NCBI GenBank assembly: GCA_038534095.1
Contig: JBCAXK010000002.1
Span: 1-64,000 of the forward strand
Reading direction: 5' to 3'
Length of the DNA: 64,000 nt
Source of the DNA: Chlamydiota bacterium
Lineage (GTDB): Bacteria > Chlamydiota > Chlamydiia > Chlamydiales > SM23-39
Shown: in pieces, positions 28,792 through 38,780 of the stretch
Layout of the letters: each line of letters begins with the position of its first letter
Numbering within the stretch: position 1 is the first letter of the stretch
Notes under the pieces: generated by a model
What the model was told of the DNA's origin: nothing
Database searches by the model: none
Seen by the model: only the letters and a program-made list of their open reading frames with translations
Translations under genes and position numbers: made by a program

Positions 28792-29874
28792 ATGGCATCT
28801 AAAATTCCCCCTTTTACAAACAATCATCCGTCCTTATCAAATGCAACGACAAGAGAGAATGATTCAGGATCAGACAATACGACTACCCCTCCTAATCCGG
28901 TAGAAAGGTCTACCTCAGACGTAGCGAGAACAGTACTATTTCAGAGTCCATCTTCTCAAGAAATCAAAGGCCAGGTTCCGATAGTTACTAAAGAAATTGA
29001 AAGAATCGGTCTAAATCAAGACGGCCCCGGTGAAACTCCAAAAAAAACTTGTGGAGCAATCGCAAAGAAGGTAAGTGCAGAAGCAGAGAAACTTTTGAGC
29101 GCTCGTACTCAGTTATCTTCAAAGGATGGGCCTACCCTTCTAGGAAATCCGAATACTTCTCCTGATAAAGACGAGGAAAAATCACTAGAAAAGGTAGACA
29201 AGACAGCTAAATTTTTCGAAGCTCATCTAGATCAAAAAGAATCAAGCAAAGTACAAAAAGCTCCAGTTTCAGAAGAAGAAGGTAAGGAAAATCCGAGATC
29301 CAATACTTCTACTGCCACTACCAAAAAAAAAGAAAAGCCCCTAACGTTTTCGACTTATAATCGTCCTGTGCCTCCCTTTCAACATTGTAGTAATTTTACA
29401 CATACAGGAATCGAATGCTTATTAAAAGTTCTGGAGGAGCTTGAAATCAACCTCAATGATGGCAATCAAATTAAATTGTTTAGAAGTGATTGGGAAGATT
29501 CTGATGGGCATTTGCGCGGGATCAAGCCCGAACACCTAAAAAAAATGGAAGCAGTAAGTTGGGGATATAGGAGTTTGTCTGGTGAATATCTCTTGTACAT
29601 AACCATAAAAAGCATCCGACAAGATACAGATACAGGTGAAAAGAAAAACGGCGTGCTAACTATTTTTCAAATGCCTGTCGATCATTTTTTTACACGTTTT
29701 CGCTTTGCTGGGAGATCTGCCCCTATTGAGATCTTAATCGAAAAAGATTTAAATAATGATAATATAGAGAAATATTTAGGACCATTATTCAATAAAAAAG
29801 TTCTAACATTAGGAAAATACAAGTTCCAACTAGCGGAGGATTCATCTAAAGATTCTGCAGAGAAACCTAGCTGA
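28792..29874 (+). CDS. Hypothetical protein, candidate secreted effector
   Basis: 360 aa, RBS GAGG, AT-rich DNA, disordered S/T/P/K/E-rich N-half and globular C-half. Confidence 0.8.
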   Translation: MASKIPPFTNNHPSLSNATTRENDSGSDNTTTPPNPVERSTSDVARTVLFQSPSSQEIKGQVPIVTKEIERIGLNQDGPGETPKKTCGAIAKKVSAEAEKLLSARTQLSSKDGPTLLGNPNTSPDKDEEKSLEKVDKTAKFFEAHLDQKESSKVQKAPVSEEEGKENPRSNTSTATTKKKEKPLTFSTYNRPVPPFQHCSNFTHTGIECLLKVLEELEINLNDGNQIKLFRSDWEDSDGHLRGIKPEHLKKMEAVSWGYRSLSGEYLLYITIKSIRQDTDTGEKKNGVLTIFQMPVDHFFTRFRFAGRSAPIEILIEKDLNNDNIEKYLGPLFNKKVLTLGKYKFQLAEDSSKDSAEKPS

Positions 29875-30031
29875 TGTTCTTTGGAGTTTGTCACAATTGA
29901 TCGATTTTCTGTGGCAAATTACCCTCCATATAACAGCAAACTTATCTGCAGGAGTTCCTAGTAAGACAACGTTTTTCATAAAAAATTGTTTGTGAGACAT
30001 TTTTTCCTTTCATGGAAGCTCCGACTTACAG

Positions 30032-30056
30032 AAGGCACCAAAATTGGTGCCTTTTT
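30032..30056 (+). terminator. Rho-independent terminator-like hairpin
   Basis: AAGGCACCAA-AA-TTGGTGCCTT followed by a T run. Confidence 0.6.
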
Positions 30057-30371
30057 CTTGTTCCACTTTAGGTGATCCTCTACACTCTTTCTCCCTCTAG
30101 ATAGATCCTGTTTAGCGGTAAAAACGCTCTATTTTGTGATATTCCGGCAAACGGACTATAGCAGTGAGTGCTGCGTAAAAGAGCCCACTACAAGAGCTAA
30201 AAATGTACGTATCGAGAGATGTCGATTCGTTAGCGATCCATCGTTACACAAAGAAGATTGGATCCAGGATCCTTTGTAAGGATTTTGGATTCTTTTAGAG
30301 TGTTTTGAAAAAGATCATCGAATGTTTCGAGCAAAAAGTACATTGAGATTTCGTTTCGGCAAAGGGGCGTC

Positions 30372-31394
30372 CTAAAGCGCTTCTGAATGCTTTTTGAGTA
30401 AGGAGAGGGTTTGCGCGCTTTTACCTTCTAAGCGTTTGCTCACAAAGATCGTATCGTTTGTTTCTATGATCATAAGATTTTCTAGTCCAATGGTACAAAT
30501 GGACTTTTTCTCTGAGAAAATCAAACAGGAAGAGGTGTCCTCTGCGCGAATATTCCCCTGAAAAACGTTCCCATTCTCATCTTTGGCTAAAGAGGCGTAC
30601 ATACGCTCCCAAGAGCCCATATCTGACCAGGAAATCGGAAGCTTTTTTACAAGGACCGAAGAGGCATGCTCAAAAATGACCCTTTCAATCGAGTCGGCAG
30701 GAAACTGGGAGAACCGCTGTTCCATAGCTTCTAACCCTGCATGAAAATGGGTGTACATACCAGGAGAGTGTTTTTTTAAGAGGGTGGGAAAAAGAGAGGA
30801 GTGTAACAGAAAAAGGCCTGTATTCCAGAGATAATTCTCGGCAAGAAAATACTTTTTAGCCCTTCTTAATGAGGGCTTCTCGATAAAACGTTTCACCGGC
30901 ATCAAAGAAGACTCTTCCCCTTCTGTAGCAATGTAGCCATAGTCGGTTTCAGGATAAAGAGGCGTGACTCCAAAAAGAGCGAGCTTTTCTTTAGGAAGGT
31001 CTTTTTTTGCTGCAGCAATTTCTTCTAAAAAGAGGGGCACAGGCTTCAAATCATGGTCTGAAGGGGTGACAAGAACGTGGTCACAAAGAGGGCCCTTTTC
31101 TTTGAGGGAACAAAAGCTCCAAGCAATAGCGGCCAGGGTATTTTGAGAAGAAGGTTCCACAATGATGGTGCATTTCTCTCGAAGACTCGTAGGAATTTCT
31201 TTTTCTACAAGCAGCTCGTAATGCTGATTTGTTACAATGTAAATATGAGAAAAAAGGGGGCCTTGAAAGCGTTCTATCGTTTTTTTGAGTAAGGACTTTT
31301 TATCCCCAAAATCCAAAAACTGTTTGGGTAAAGAAGATCTCGATAAGGGCCAAAGTCTTTTACCTTGTCCGCCTGCAAGCACCAACACGATCAT
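30372..31394 (-). CDS. manC: Mannose-1-phosphate guanylyltransferase (no isomerase domain)
   Basis: Motifs LAGGQGKRLWPLSR, PKQF, PSDH, PETDYGYI, FIEKP, WNTGLF, WSDMGSW. Confidence 0.9.
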   Translation of the reverse strand: MIVLVLAGGQGKRLWPLSRSSLPKQFLDFGDKKSLLKKTIERFQGPLFSHIYIVTNQHYELLVEKEIPTSLREKCTIIVEPSSQNTLAAIAWSFCSLKEKGPLCDHVLVTPSDHDLKPVPLFLEEIAAAKKDLPKEKLALFGVTPLYPETDYGYIATEGEESSLMPVKRFIEKPSLRRAKKYFLAENYLWNTGLFLLHSSLFPTLLKKHSPGMYTHFHAGLEAMEQRFSQFPADSIERVIFEHASSVLVKKLPISWSDMGSWERMYASLAKDENGNVFQGNIRAEDTSSCLIFSEKKSICTIGLENLMIIETNDTIFVSKRLEGKSAQTLSLLKKHSEAL

Positions 31395-32503
31395 AATGCA
31401 AAAGACTCCTTACGTTTTTTCACAATAGAAGACACCGCTTCGGAAAATTCTTTTTTAAAACGCTCCTTGCTGAATTTTTCGGCTTGCTGACGAACCTCCT
31501 TAAGATGAAAGGTCATCGTAGAAAACCTCTCTACAGCTTCCGCAATGGATGAAGGGGTCTGTTTGGAGAAAAACAGGCCTGTTTTCTTATCGACAACTGT
31601 TTCCAAAGCCCCTCCTTGATTATACGCAATCACCGGCGTCCCGCAGCTCATCGCTTCTACAGGAGCGATCCCAAAATCCTCTTTGGCAGCAAAAATGAAG
31701 GCTTTTGCTTTTTGTAAGTGGGAGCGAAGAGTTTCTTGGCTCACCCAGCCAAGAAGCGTGACATTCGGGGTTGCGATTTTCTCTATCCGTTTTCTTTCGG
31801 GACCATCCCCAATCAAAATCAATCTCTTGTTAGGAAGATGGGCAAAAGCGCGCGCAATCGTTTCCATTTTTTTGTACGGAACAAAACGGGAAACGCTGAT
31901 GTAAAAATCCTCTTTCTTCTCCACAAACGAAAAGTAGTCGGTATCGACAGGGGGATAAATCACAATCGACTTTCTTTGATAAATTTTTTCGATTCTTCTT
32001 GCCACAAAATGGGAGATGGCGATGAATTCATCGACCCTTTTTGACGAGGAAGCATCCCAAATCCTAAGATAATGCAAAATGCATTTAGCAAAAAAACGGC
32101 GAACCGGTTTTCCTCTTAAACAGTCTTTCATGTACTCGTGGTAAAAATCCCAAGCGTAGCGCATCGGAGTAAAGCAGTAACAAATATGGGTTTGTTCATG
32201 GTTTGTCAAAACTCCCTTAGCACAAGAGTGGGAAATAGAGAGGACAAGGTCATAAGAAGAGAGATCGAATTTTTCGATCGCTAAAGGGTAGAGGGGTAAA
32301 AGATTTTGGTATTTACGGAACCGAAAGAGCCACTTTTGTAAAAACGAGGTACGGATCTTCCCCGATAAAGAGAGTTTAGGCGTCACCTTTGGATCAGCAA
32401 TGAGGGTATGCACGTCTCCAGGGAAAAGATCGGAGACCATTTCAAGGACTTTTTCTCCTCCCCCAAGAGCTACTAACCAATCGTAAATCACTGTTTGTTT
32501 CAA
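31391..32503 (-). CDS. GT4 glycosyltransferase, WbaZ-like mannosyltransferase
   Basis: Motifs DWLVALGGGEKVL, YCFTPMRYAWD, IYPPVD, EDFGIAPVEAMSCGTPVIA. Confidence 0.9.
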   Translation of the reverse strand: MKQTVIYDWLVALGGGEKVLEMVSDLFPGDVHTLIADPKVTPKLSLSGKIRTSFLQKWLFRFRKYQNLLPLYPLAIEKFDLSSYDLVLSISHSCAKGVLTNHEQTHICYCFTPMRYAWDFYHEYMKDCLRGKPVRRFFAKCILHYLRIWDASSSKRVDEFIAISHFVARRIEKIYQRKSIVIYPPVDTDYFSFVEKKEDFYISVSRFVPYKKMETIARAFAHLPNKRLILIGDGPERKRIEKIATPNVTLLGWVSQETLRSHLQKAKAFIFAAKEDFGIAPVEAMSCGTPVIAYNQGGALETVVDKKTGLFFSKQTPSSIAEAVERFSTMTFHLKEVRQQAEKFSKERFKKEFSEAVSSIVKKRKESFAL

Positions 32504-32542
32504 AATGCCTCAAAGAATCCGTGCCAGGTAATTTACACACCA

Positions 32543-34384
32543 CTATGCGCGATTTTGCGCAAAATTTCTACTAGTAGTTTTAGAATCCCTACTTTGTGCC
32601 TGCCAGAGTTTAGCATATTGACCTTCTTGTTCGATAAGAGCTTTGTGAGAACCTTTTTCGACAATCGTCCCCTCATCCACTACGTAGATGATATCGGCAT
32701 CTTGCACCATAGAAAGTTTATGCGCAATCACTACGATCATCATCTTCTTACGAAGGGTCTCCAAACACGTTTGTATTAATCTTTCCGAAGTAGGATCTAA
32801 ATGACTTGTGGCCTCATCCAGCAACAGAATCTTCGGCTTTTTAATCAGCGCTCTTGCAATCGCAAGGCGCTGTTTTTCTCCGCCAGAAAGCTCTTGTCCC
32901 AGTTCTCCCAAAAGGGTTTGAGATTTTTTAGGCAGCCTCTCAATCAAAAGATTTGCTCCCGATAGATAACAAGCCTCTTCTACCGCTTCCCTTGAAGTAA
33001 AGGGGTTGCCTATCTTCAGATTCTCTTCAATGGTTTGGTGGAATAAAAAGGTCTCTTGATCCACCACCCCAAAGAGTTGTCGCCACGAAGCGAGATCGAA
33101 CGAGGAACAATCGAGACCATCGGCAAAAATTTTCCCCTTTTGAGGCTCATAAAGGCGTAGTAGAAGGGCAAAAAGTGAGGACTTACCCGAACCACTTCGG
33201 CCCACAATGCCCACTTTTTCTTGGGAAGAAAAGGCGCAGTGGATATTCCGCAAAACCTCTTTCCCTTCTTGGTAGGCAAAAGAGACTCCTCGCATCTCAA
33301 TCGTTTGTGGAGCGTTTTTTACAGGGGTCTTAGAAGGGGACTTGGGCACTTTTTCTCCAAGAAATGCGCTGAGAGAAGAAAGGCTGCCTGTATGGGTCAT
33401 AAAAAAGGAGATTGCCTGAGCCATGATCGGCAGTTTTTGCGCAAACCGGTAACTCAACCCTAAAAAGGATGCCATCATAGGGATGGTGCATGAAGCGACG
33501 AAACAAGAGAGTAGCAGTAGAAGCGTGACATGTAAAATCCCAATGAATTCAAAGGAGTAGGTAATGAGCGAAGTCCAACGATTGAGAGTAAAAAGGCGCG
33601 TTTCTATTTTCTCGATTTGCGCAAAAAGGGACGCTTTTAAAGAGGTTTGCAGGTTGTTACTATGAACGGTTTTCATTCCACTCAGTATCTCTGCCATTGC
33701 GCTTTGTAAGGCGCTATGCTCCTTTTGGTAAAGTTTCGACTTTTTCCCCACATTTTTGCTTACCATCCGGTAGATAGTACCAATCAATAAGAAGTTGATG
33801 AGGGTAAAAAGGGTCAAAAGGGGAGAGGCGCTTAGCATGAAACCAAAGAGCACAAGAAAAAATAGGCACGCGCTCATGAGCGCATGCAAATGGGTAAAGA
33901 GCTGCGCAAATAACGTGCCAGGAGTCGCTACTAGATCGGCTACAGAGCCTCGATGTTTACGAGATATGTGGGGAAAGGAGAAAGAAAAAAGCTTAGAGAT
34001 AAGAGCCTTTTGCACATCGATCTGTACTTTCGTCGACAGTTTTGCAAAGAAAAAGGCGGAAAAAAAGACGCTCAAAGCTCTACAGAGTTGTAAAAGCGCA
34101 GCAACAAATAGGTAGATGAGCGCAAGCGAGGGAAAAAGAGCTCTATTCTGTAAGATCCCTCTTGGCGCTTTTTCTAAAGAGAGCTGAGAAAGGGAACTAT
34201 AGAGACACTGGAAACTAAGACCCTCACAAAAAGCCGCAAAGAGGCTACAAAGGATTAGGAACAGCACAACCCACATCTGTCCCTTTTGTAAAAAACCTCT
34301 CATGAGCAGCCCTTGAAGGTTCATAAGCGTCCAGGTAGGTGGTTTTTCACTGTTGCAGGTTGCCCCTTCAGCATCATGAAACAA
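32543..34384 (-). CDS. ABC exporter, fused TM and ATPase domains (MsbA/PglK/HetA-like)
   Basis: About six TM segments, GRSGSGKS, LSGGEKQRLAIARAL, LLDEATSHLD. True start may be further downstream. Confidence 0.88.
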   Translation of the reverse strand: MFHDAEGATCNSEKPPTWTLMNLQGLLMRGFLQKGQMWVVLFLILCSLFAAFCEGLSFQCLYSSLSQLSLEKAPRGILQNRALFPSLALIYLFVAALLQLCRALSVFFSAFFFAKLSTKVQIDVQKALISKLFSFSFPHISRKHRGSVADLVATPGTLFAQLFTHLHALMSACLFFLVLFGFMLSASPLLTLFTLINFLLIGTIYRMVSKNVGKKSKLYQKEHSALQSAMAEILSGMKTVHSNNLQTSLKASLFAQIEKIETRLFTLNRWTSLITYSFEFIGILHVTLLLLLSCFVASCTIPMMASFLGLSYRFAQKLPIMAQAISFFMTHTGSLSSLSAFLGEKVPKSPSKTPVKNAPQTIEMRGVSFAYQEGKEVLRNIHCAFSSQEKVGIVGRSGSGKSSLFALLLRLYEPQKGKIFADGLDCSSFDLASWRQLFGVVDQETFLFHQTIEENLKIGNPFTSREAVEEACYLSGANLLIERLPKKSQTLLGELGQELSGGEKQRLAIARALIKKPKILLLDEATSHLDPTSERLIQTCLETLRKKMMIVVIAHKLSMVQDADIIYVVDEGTIVEKGSHKALIEQEGQYAKLWQAQSRDSKTTSRNFAQNRA

Positions 34385-36365
34385 TCTCCAAGCTTTGGTA
34401 GTAACGGATCATATCTCGGAATTTTGCCGCCTCTTCAAAAGCAAATTCTTTTGCAGCTTTTTTCATCGCTTTTTGGCAATCAGTAATTTTCTTTTCAAGT
34501 TCCTCTTTCGTCCAGGCGTGGTTAGCGTCGGTTTCTTGTTCAGAGACCTCTTCAGGGGCCATGCCAAAGGTCTCTTCCAACGACTTTGCAAGATGTTTAT
34601 GCACAGTTTTTGGAGTGATGCCCCTCTCCTCATTGTGTTTTTTTTGCAGTTGTCTTCTTGCGTGCGTGGTCGCAATCGCGCTCTTCATCGCTTTTGTCTC
34701 TTTATCCCCATACATCACAACGCGCCCCTCAGCGTTTCTCGCTGCCCTTCCGCAAGTTTGGATAAGAGCTGTTTCGCTACGCAAAAACCCCTCTTTATCA
34801 GCATCTAAAATCACAACTAACGATACTTCGGGAATATCTAATCCTTCCCGTAAGAGGTTGATCCCTACAAGAACATCAAATTCTCCGAGGCGAAGGGCTT
34901 TGATGATCCGGATCCTTTCCAGAGTATCGATGTCCGAGTGGATGTATTTTGCTTTCACTCCAATTTCGAGCAAGTATTTGCTCAAGTCTTCAGCAAGTTT
35001 TTTCGTCAACGTCGTGACTAAAATCCGGTGCCCTTTCTCTGTCTCTTTCCGGATCTCTTCTAGAGCGTCATCCACTTGATTAGAGGCTCCCCGCACTTCA
35101 ATCAGAGGATCGAGCAGTCCTGTGGGCCGGATGATCTGTTGAACTACGTCCCCTTGCGCCTCCCCAATTTCAAAGGGACTGGGGGTCGCTGAGACGTAGA
35201 TCACATTTTGAAAGTGTTTGTAAACCTCCTCAAACTTTAAGGGGCGGTTATCCAAAGCAGAAGGCAACCGAAACCCAAACTCGACAAGAGCCGACTTCCT
35301 GGAGCGGTCCCCGTTGTACATCGCATGCATTTGGGGCAAAGTTTGGTGAGACTCATCGATAAAAAACAAAAAGTCTTTCGGAAAATAGTCTAATAGGCAG
35401 GGTGGCGGCTCTCCGCCGCTCCTCTGGCTTAAATGGCGGGAATAGTTCTCAATCCCTTTACAAAAGCCGATCTCTTTGATCATTTCGAGATCGTATTTCG
35501 TCCGTTCTAAAATCCTTTGCCTCTCTAAAAGGCGGTTTTCCCGGTCAAAAAAGGCGGCCCTTTCTTGAAGCTCTTCTTCAATCGTGTAGATCGCTTTTTG
35601 CCGCACTTCTTCTGGCGTCACGTGGTGAGAACCTGGATAGATGGTAACGTGATCGAGCGATCCTTGCATTTTTCCGGTGAGCGGATCGAGAATATGAATT
35701 TTCTCAACCTCATCTCCAAAGAAGAGAATCCTGTAGGCGATATCATCTTCATACGCAGGCACGATATCGAGTATGTCTCCCCGGACGCGAAAGGTACTAC
35801 GCATCAGGTCATAATCGTTTCTCTTGTAGTGCATTTCGACGAGGTGGAACAAAATATCATCTCTAGCTACCTTTTTTCCTACAGAGAGCTCTAAAAGCAT
35901 CTGCGCATAATATTCTGGAGAGCCTAAACCGTAAATGCAGGAGATTGAAGAGACGATGATCACATCGGAGCGCTCCATCAAAGATCTTGTGGCAGAAAGG
36001 CGCATTTTTTCTACCTGTTCGTTGATCGACAGATCTTTTTCGATGTAGGTATCGGTTCTTGCGATGTAGGCTTCTGGCTGATAATAGTCGTAGTAGGAGA
36101 CAAAATACTCGACGGCATTTTCTGGAAAAAACCCAGAAAATTCTTGATAGAGCTGCGCTGCTAAGGTCTTATTGTGCGCTAAAATCAGGGTAGGCCTCTG
36201 GAGCTCTTCAATCACATTGGCCATCGTGAAGGTCTTTCCAGATCCTGTAATCCCAAGAAGCACTTGGGCTTTTTTCCCCGATGTTAGTCCATCGCAGAGA
36301 CTACGTATCGCCTTAGGCTGATCCCCTGTAGGCGAGAAAGAGGAATTAAGACGAAAGCGATTCAT
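34374..36365 (-). CDS. uvrB: Excinuclease ABC subunit B
   Basis: Motifs GITGSGKTFT, HNKTLAAQL, YFVSYYDYYQPEAY, FRLPSALDNRPL, GINLLREGLD. ATG 36365. Confidence 0.98.
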   Translation of the reverse strand: MNRFRLNSSFSPTGDQPKAIRSLCDGLTSGKKAQVLLGITGSGKTFTMANVIEELQRPTLILAHNKTLAAQLYQEFSGFFPENAVEYFVSYYDYYQPEAYIARTDTYIEKDLSINEQVEKMRLSATRSLMERSDVIIVSSISCIYGLGSPEYYAQMLLELSVGKKVARDDILFHLVEMHYKRNDYDLMRSTFRVRGDILDIVPAYEDDIAYRILFFGDEVEKIHILDPLTGKMQGSLDHVTIYPGSHHVTPEEVRQKAIYTIEEELQERAAFFDRENRLLERQRILERTKYDLEMIKEIGFCKGIENYSRHLSQRSGGEPPPCLLDYFPKDFLFFIDESHQTLPQMHAMYNGDRSRKSALVEFGFRLPSALDNRPLKFEEVYKHFQNVIYVSATPSPFEIGEAQGDVVQQIIRPTGLLDPLIEVRGASNQVDDALEEIRKETEKGHRILVTTLTKKLAEDLSKYLLEIGVKAKYIHSDIDTLERIRIIKALRLGEFDVLVGINLLREGLDIPEVSLVVILDADKEGFLRSETALIQTCGRAARNAEGRVVMYGDKETKAMKSAIATTHARRQLQKKHNEERGITPKTVHKHLAKSLEETFGMAPEEVSEQETDANHAWTKEELEKKITDCQKAMKKAAKEFAFEEAAKFRDMIRYYQSLEIVS

Positions 36366-37581
36366 AGGCGTATGTTTGTAAAATGTTTTGAAAGGTAGGG
36401 ATAGTTGGCAAGAAGCTACACACAATGATAGCGCACGAAATGATAAAAAGTACAATCAAATAGACGCGTCCCCAAAGCGAGCGGTAGACAGAAGGCTGGG
36501 GCAACTTCCAGGCAAGAAAAACAGGGAACATGCCCAGCAAAATCGCTACAAAAACTGCGGCATATTCAAGAGCGAGTAAAAATCCTTGTTGATAAAAGAG
36601 GGTGAAAAGCAGAGGAGGGATGAACGTGAAAAAAAGGGGCGCACTTTTCGGATAACGCTGCTGTCTCTTGCGCAAACCGTCGCGCAAAAAGTCGATGAGA
36701 CTGATCGAAATGCCCAGCAAAGAGGTGAGCATCGCAAACAAAGAAAAAAGAAGGGCCCCAAGCTGGATGTAGGGAGCTCCCACAAGAGCGACTAAGGTTT
36801 CGGTGATGGCTCCTCCTGTTTGCAAAGCGCTGAAAAAGCTCACTTCTCCCCGAAGGGGAATGATGCCTAGTGTCACAATCTCCCAAAGAACGTACACAAA
36901 AAGAGGCAACACGCTCCCCCAGAAAACCGCTTTTTGCAGCGGTTTTTTTTGATACTCCATATACGAGGCGAGGCTGGGTATCACAATATGAAATCCAAAG
37001 GATGTGATCATCACAGGAATCCCAAAAAGGGCCGCAGAAAGATCGGAGTGGGCAAGCAAAGAAGGCTCGATACGGCTTGGCAAAAACACGAGCAAAATGA
37101 GGTAAGAAAAGAGCAAACCCACCATCAAGATCCGATTGACTAGATCAATAGAGCGCATCCCAAAAGAGAGAAACCAGGAAAAGGCGAAGACCAAAATAAG
37201 CGGAAGGAGAAAAGGGTAGACGCCGCTTGGAAGAGTTCCTAAAAAAAGGGTCTGCAATAGGCGGCTTGCTCCCGAAATGTAAGCAGCGGTTAAGGAGTAG
37301 AGAAGGAGCAGGTAAGTCACCCCACAAACAGCTTTTGCTTTCTCCCCAAGCAGGCTCTCTGTCATGGAAATCAGGTGGGCTTTCTTTTTTATGTGCAACG
37401 TCACATCAATGAGCAAAAAGGCGGTTCCCAACATAAAAACCCAGGAAAACCCTAAAAAAACGAGAGCCCAAAAACATCCAGAAAAGGCATTTGTGGTGGG
37501 CATCGCGAGCATGCCCGCACCAATCGTTGTTCCTGCTACAAGAAAAAGGGCGCCTAAAAAATGGTTGAGCCGAAGGCTCAT
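36346..37581 (-). CDS. tyrP: Aromatic amino acid permease (TyrP/Mtr family), copy 2
   Basis: LVAGTTIGAGMLAMP, LLLYSLTAAYISG, SFGFHIVIPSL. ATGA overlap with copy 1. Confidence 0.88.
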   Translation of the reverse strand: MSLRLNHFLGALFLVAGTTIGAGMLAMPTTNAFSGCFWALVFLGFSWVFMLGTAFLLIDVTLHIKKKAHLISMTESLLGEKAKAVCGVTYLLLLYSLTAAYISGASRLLQTLFLGTLPSGVYPFLLPLILVFAFSWFLSFGMRSIDLVNRILMVGLLFSYLILLVFLPSRIEPSLLAHSDLSAALFGIPVMITSFGFHIVIPSLASYMEYQKKPLQKAVFWGSVLPLFVYVLWEIVTLGIIPLRGEVSFFSALQTGGAITETLVALVGAPYIQLGALLFSLFAMLTSLLGISISLIDFLRDGLRKRQQRYPKSAPLFFTFIPPLLFTLFYQQGFLLALEYAAVFVAILLGMFPVFLAWKLPQPSVYRSLWGRVYLIVLFIISCAIIVCSFLPTIPTFQNILQTYAYESLSS

Positions 37582-38780
37582 GAGACGCTCCTTACCATCG
37601 TAAACAGCTCCTGGAAAAAGAGCCAAAACGCGAAAAAGGCGGAGCAAAGAAGAGCCGCTCTTCCTCCAAACGCGCGGTAATTTCCAGGAAATTTTTGCCG
37701 GTAGCGACCATTCCAAACTGCAAAAACAGGCAAAATGCCAAATAGGGTCATCGTGCAAACGCCCCCTGCAAATTGTAAGGCAGCGTAAAATACTTCGGGA
37801 TAGGTGAGGGCAAAAAGAAGGCTAGGCAGTAGGACAACTGTCACCAAAAAAACGTGATTCCTCGAGGATAAAGGCATGTTTAGCCCATCGGCTAAAAAGT
37901 GGACCAAGGTGAGCGCTTGCGGTACAAACGAGGTTACAATCGCAAAAAAAGCAAACGACTGCGCGTAAGAGCCAATGCCAAAGTTTTTCAAGGCATAGCT
38001 CGCCTCCTCTTTTCTTTGGTAAATGGCCAAAATCCCCTCTTCTCCCCCAAAAGGAACGAGTCCCAAAAGGAGCCCTTGCCAGAAGAGGTATACAAAAAAG
38101 ACGATCAAACTACCACCGAAAATGGTTTGTTGCATCTTTCTCCAATCCTGATCTACGTAAGCGCTAAGGGAGGGAATCATATTTTGAAAACCAAAGGATA
38201 AGACTAGAACGGGCAGGGAAAGGGACCAAAAACTCCACTCCACATGGAGCCAGTTGCCCATATCTGTCTTTGGAGCCCCTAAAAAAACCATGAAAAAAAA
38301 ACTGTAGCCAAGTCCCACCATCAAAAAACGGTTCATCCCATCGATGAAGCGGGTGCCTAAGAAAAGAGCGCCTCCAAAAATGAGAACGAACAAGACAGAA
38401 GCTAACGTAGGGGGTAAAAAAATACCGGCAAAATGGTTGATGAAGCCAGAAAAGATTTTAGAACTGGCCGAGATGTAGGCAATCAGAAGGGAGTAGAATA
38501 AAAAGAGGTAAGAAAAAAAGCAGATCCGCTTTCCCCAAATACCCAGTCCTTTTTCCAGCATGGAGAGCAAATTGACTTGGTTAGGAAACCAGGCGTTCAT
38601 TTCTAACACCAAACAGGCGCTGTAGGTCATAAAAGCCCAAGCAAGCAACAGGCTCAAAAGAGAAGGAAAAAATCCGCTCAAACCTGTTAAGATCGGCAGA
38701 GCGAGCATGCCGGCGCCAATGCAGCTTCCCGCTACAAGGAGCGAGCCTCCAAGAAGGGGGTAGGAGGGAGCCGCCTTCAT
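37578..38780 (-). CDS. tyrP: Aromatic amino acid permease (TyrP/Mtr family), copy 1
   Basis: LVAGSCIGAGMLALP, LFYSLLIAYIS, SFGFQNMIPSL. Confidence 0.88.
   Translation of the reverse strand: MKAAPSYPLLGGSLLVAGSCIGAGMLALPILTGLSGFFPSLLSLLLAWAFMTYSACLVLEMNAWFPNQVNLLSMLEKGLGIWGKRICFFSYLFLFYSLLIAYISASSKIFSGFINHFAGIFLPPTLASVLFVLIFGGALFLGTRFIDGMNRFLMVGLGYSFFFMVFLGAPKTDMGNWLHVEWSFWSLSLPVLVLSFGFQNMIPSLSAYVDQDWRKMQQTIFGGSLIVFFVYLFWQGLLLGLVPFGGEEGILAIYQRKEEASYALKNFGIGSYAQSFAFFAIVTSFVPQALTLVHFLADGLNMPLSSRNHVFLVTVVLLPSLLFALTYPEVFYAALQFAGGVCTMTLFGILPVFAVWNGRYRQKFPGNYRAFGGRAALLCSAFFAFWLFFQELFTMVRSVS

Noticed and set aside
29842..30000. 52-aa minus-strand ORF with a good RBS (MSHKQFFMKNVVLLGTP...)
   Set aside because: Overlaps the end of the 28792 gene and has no recognisable motif; may be a decayed gene start but is unsupported.
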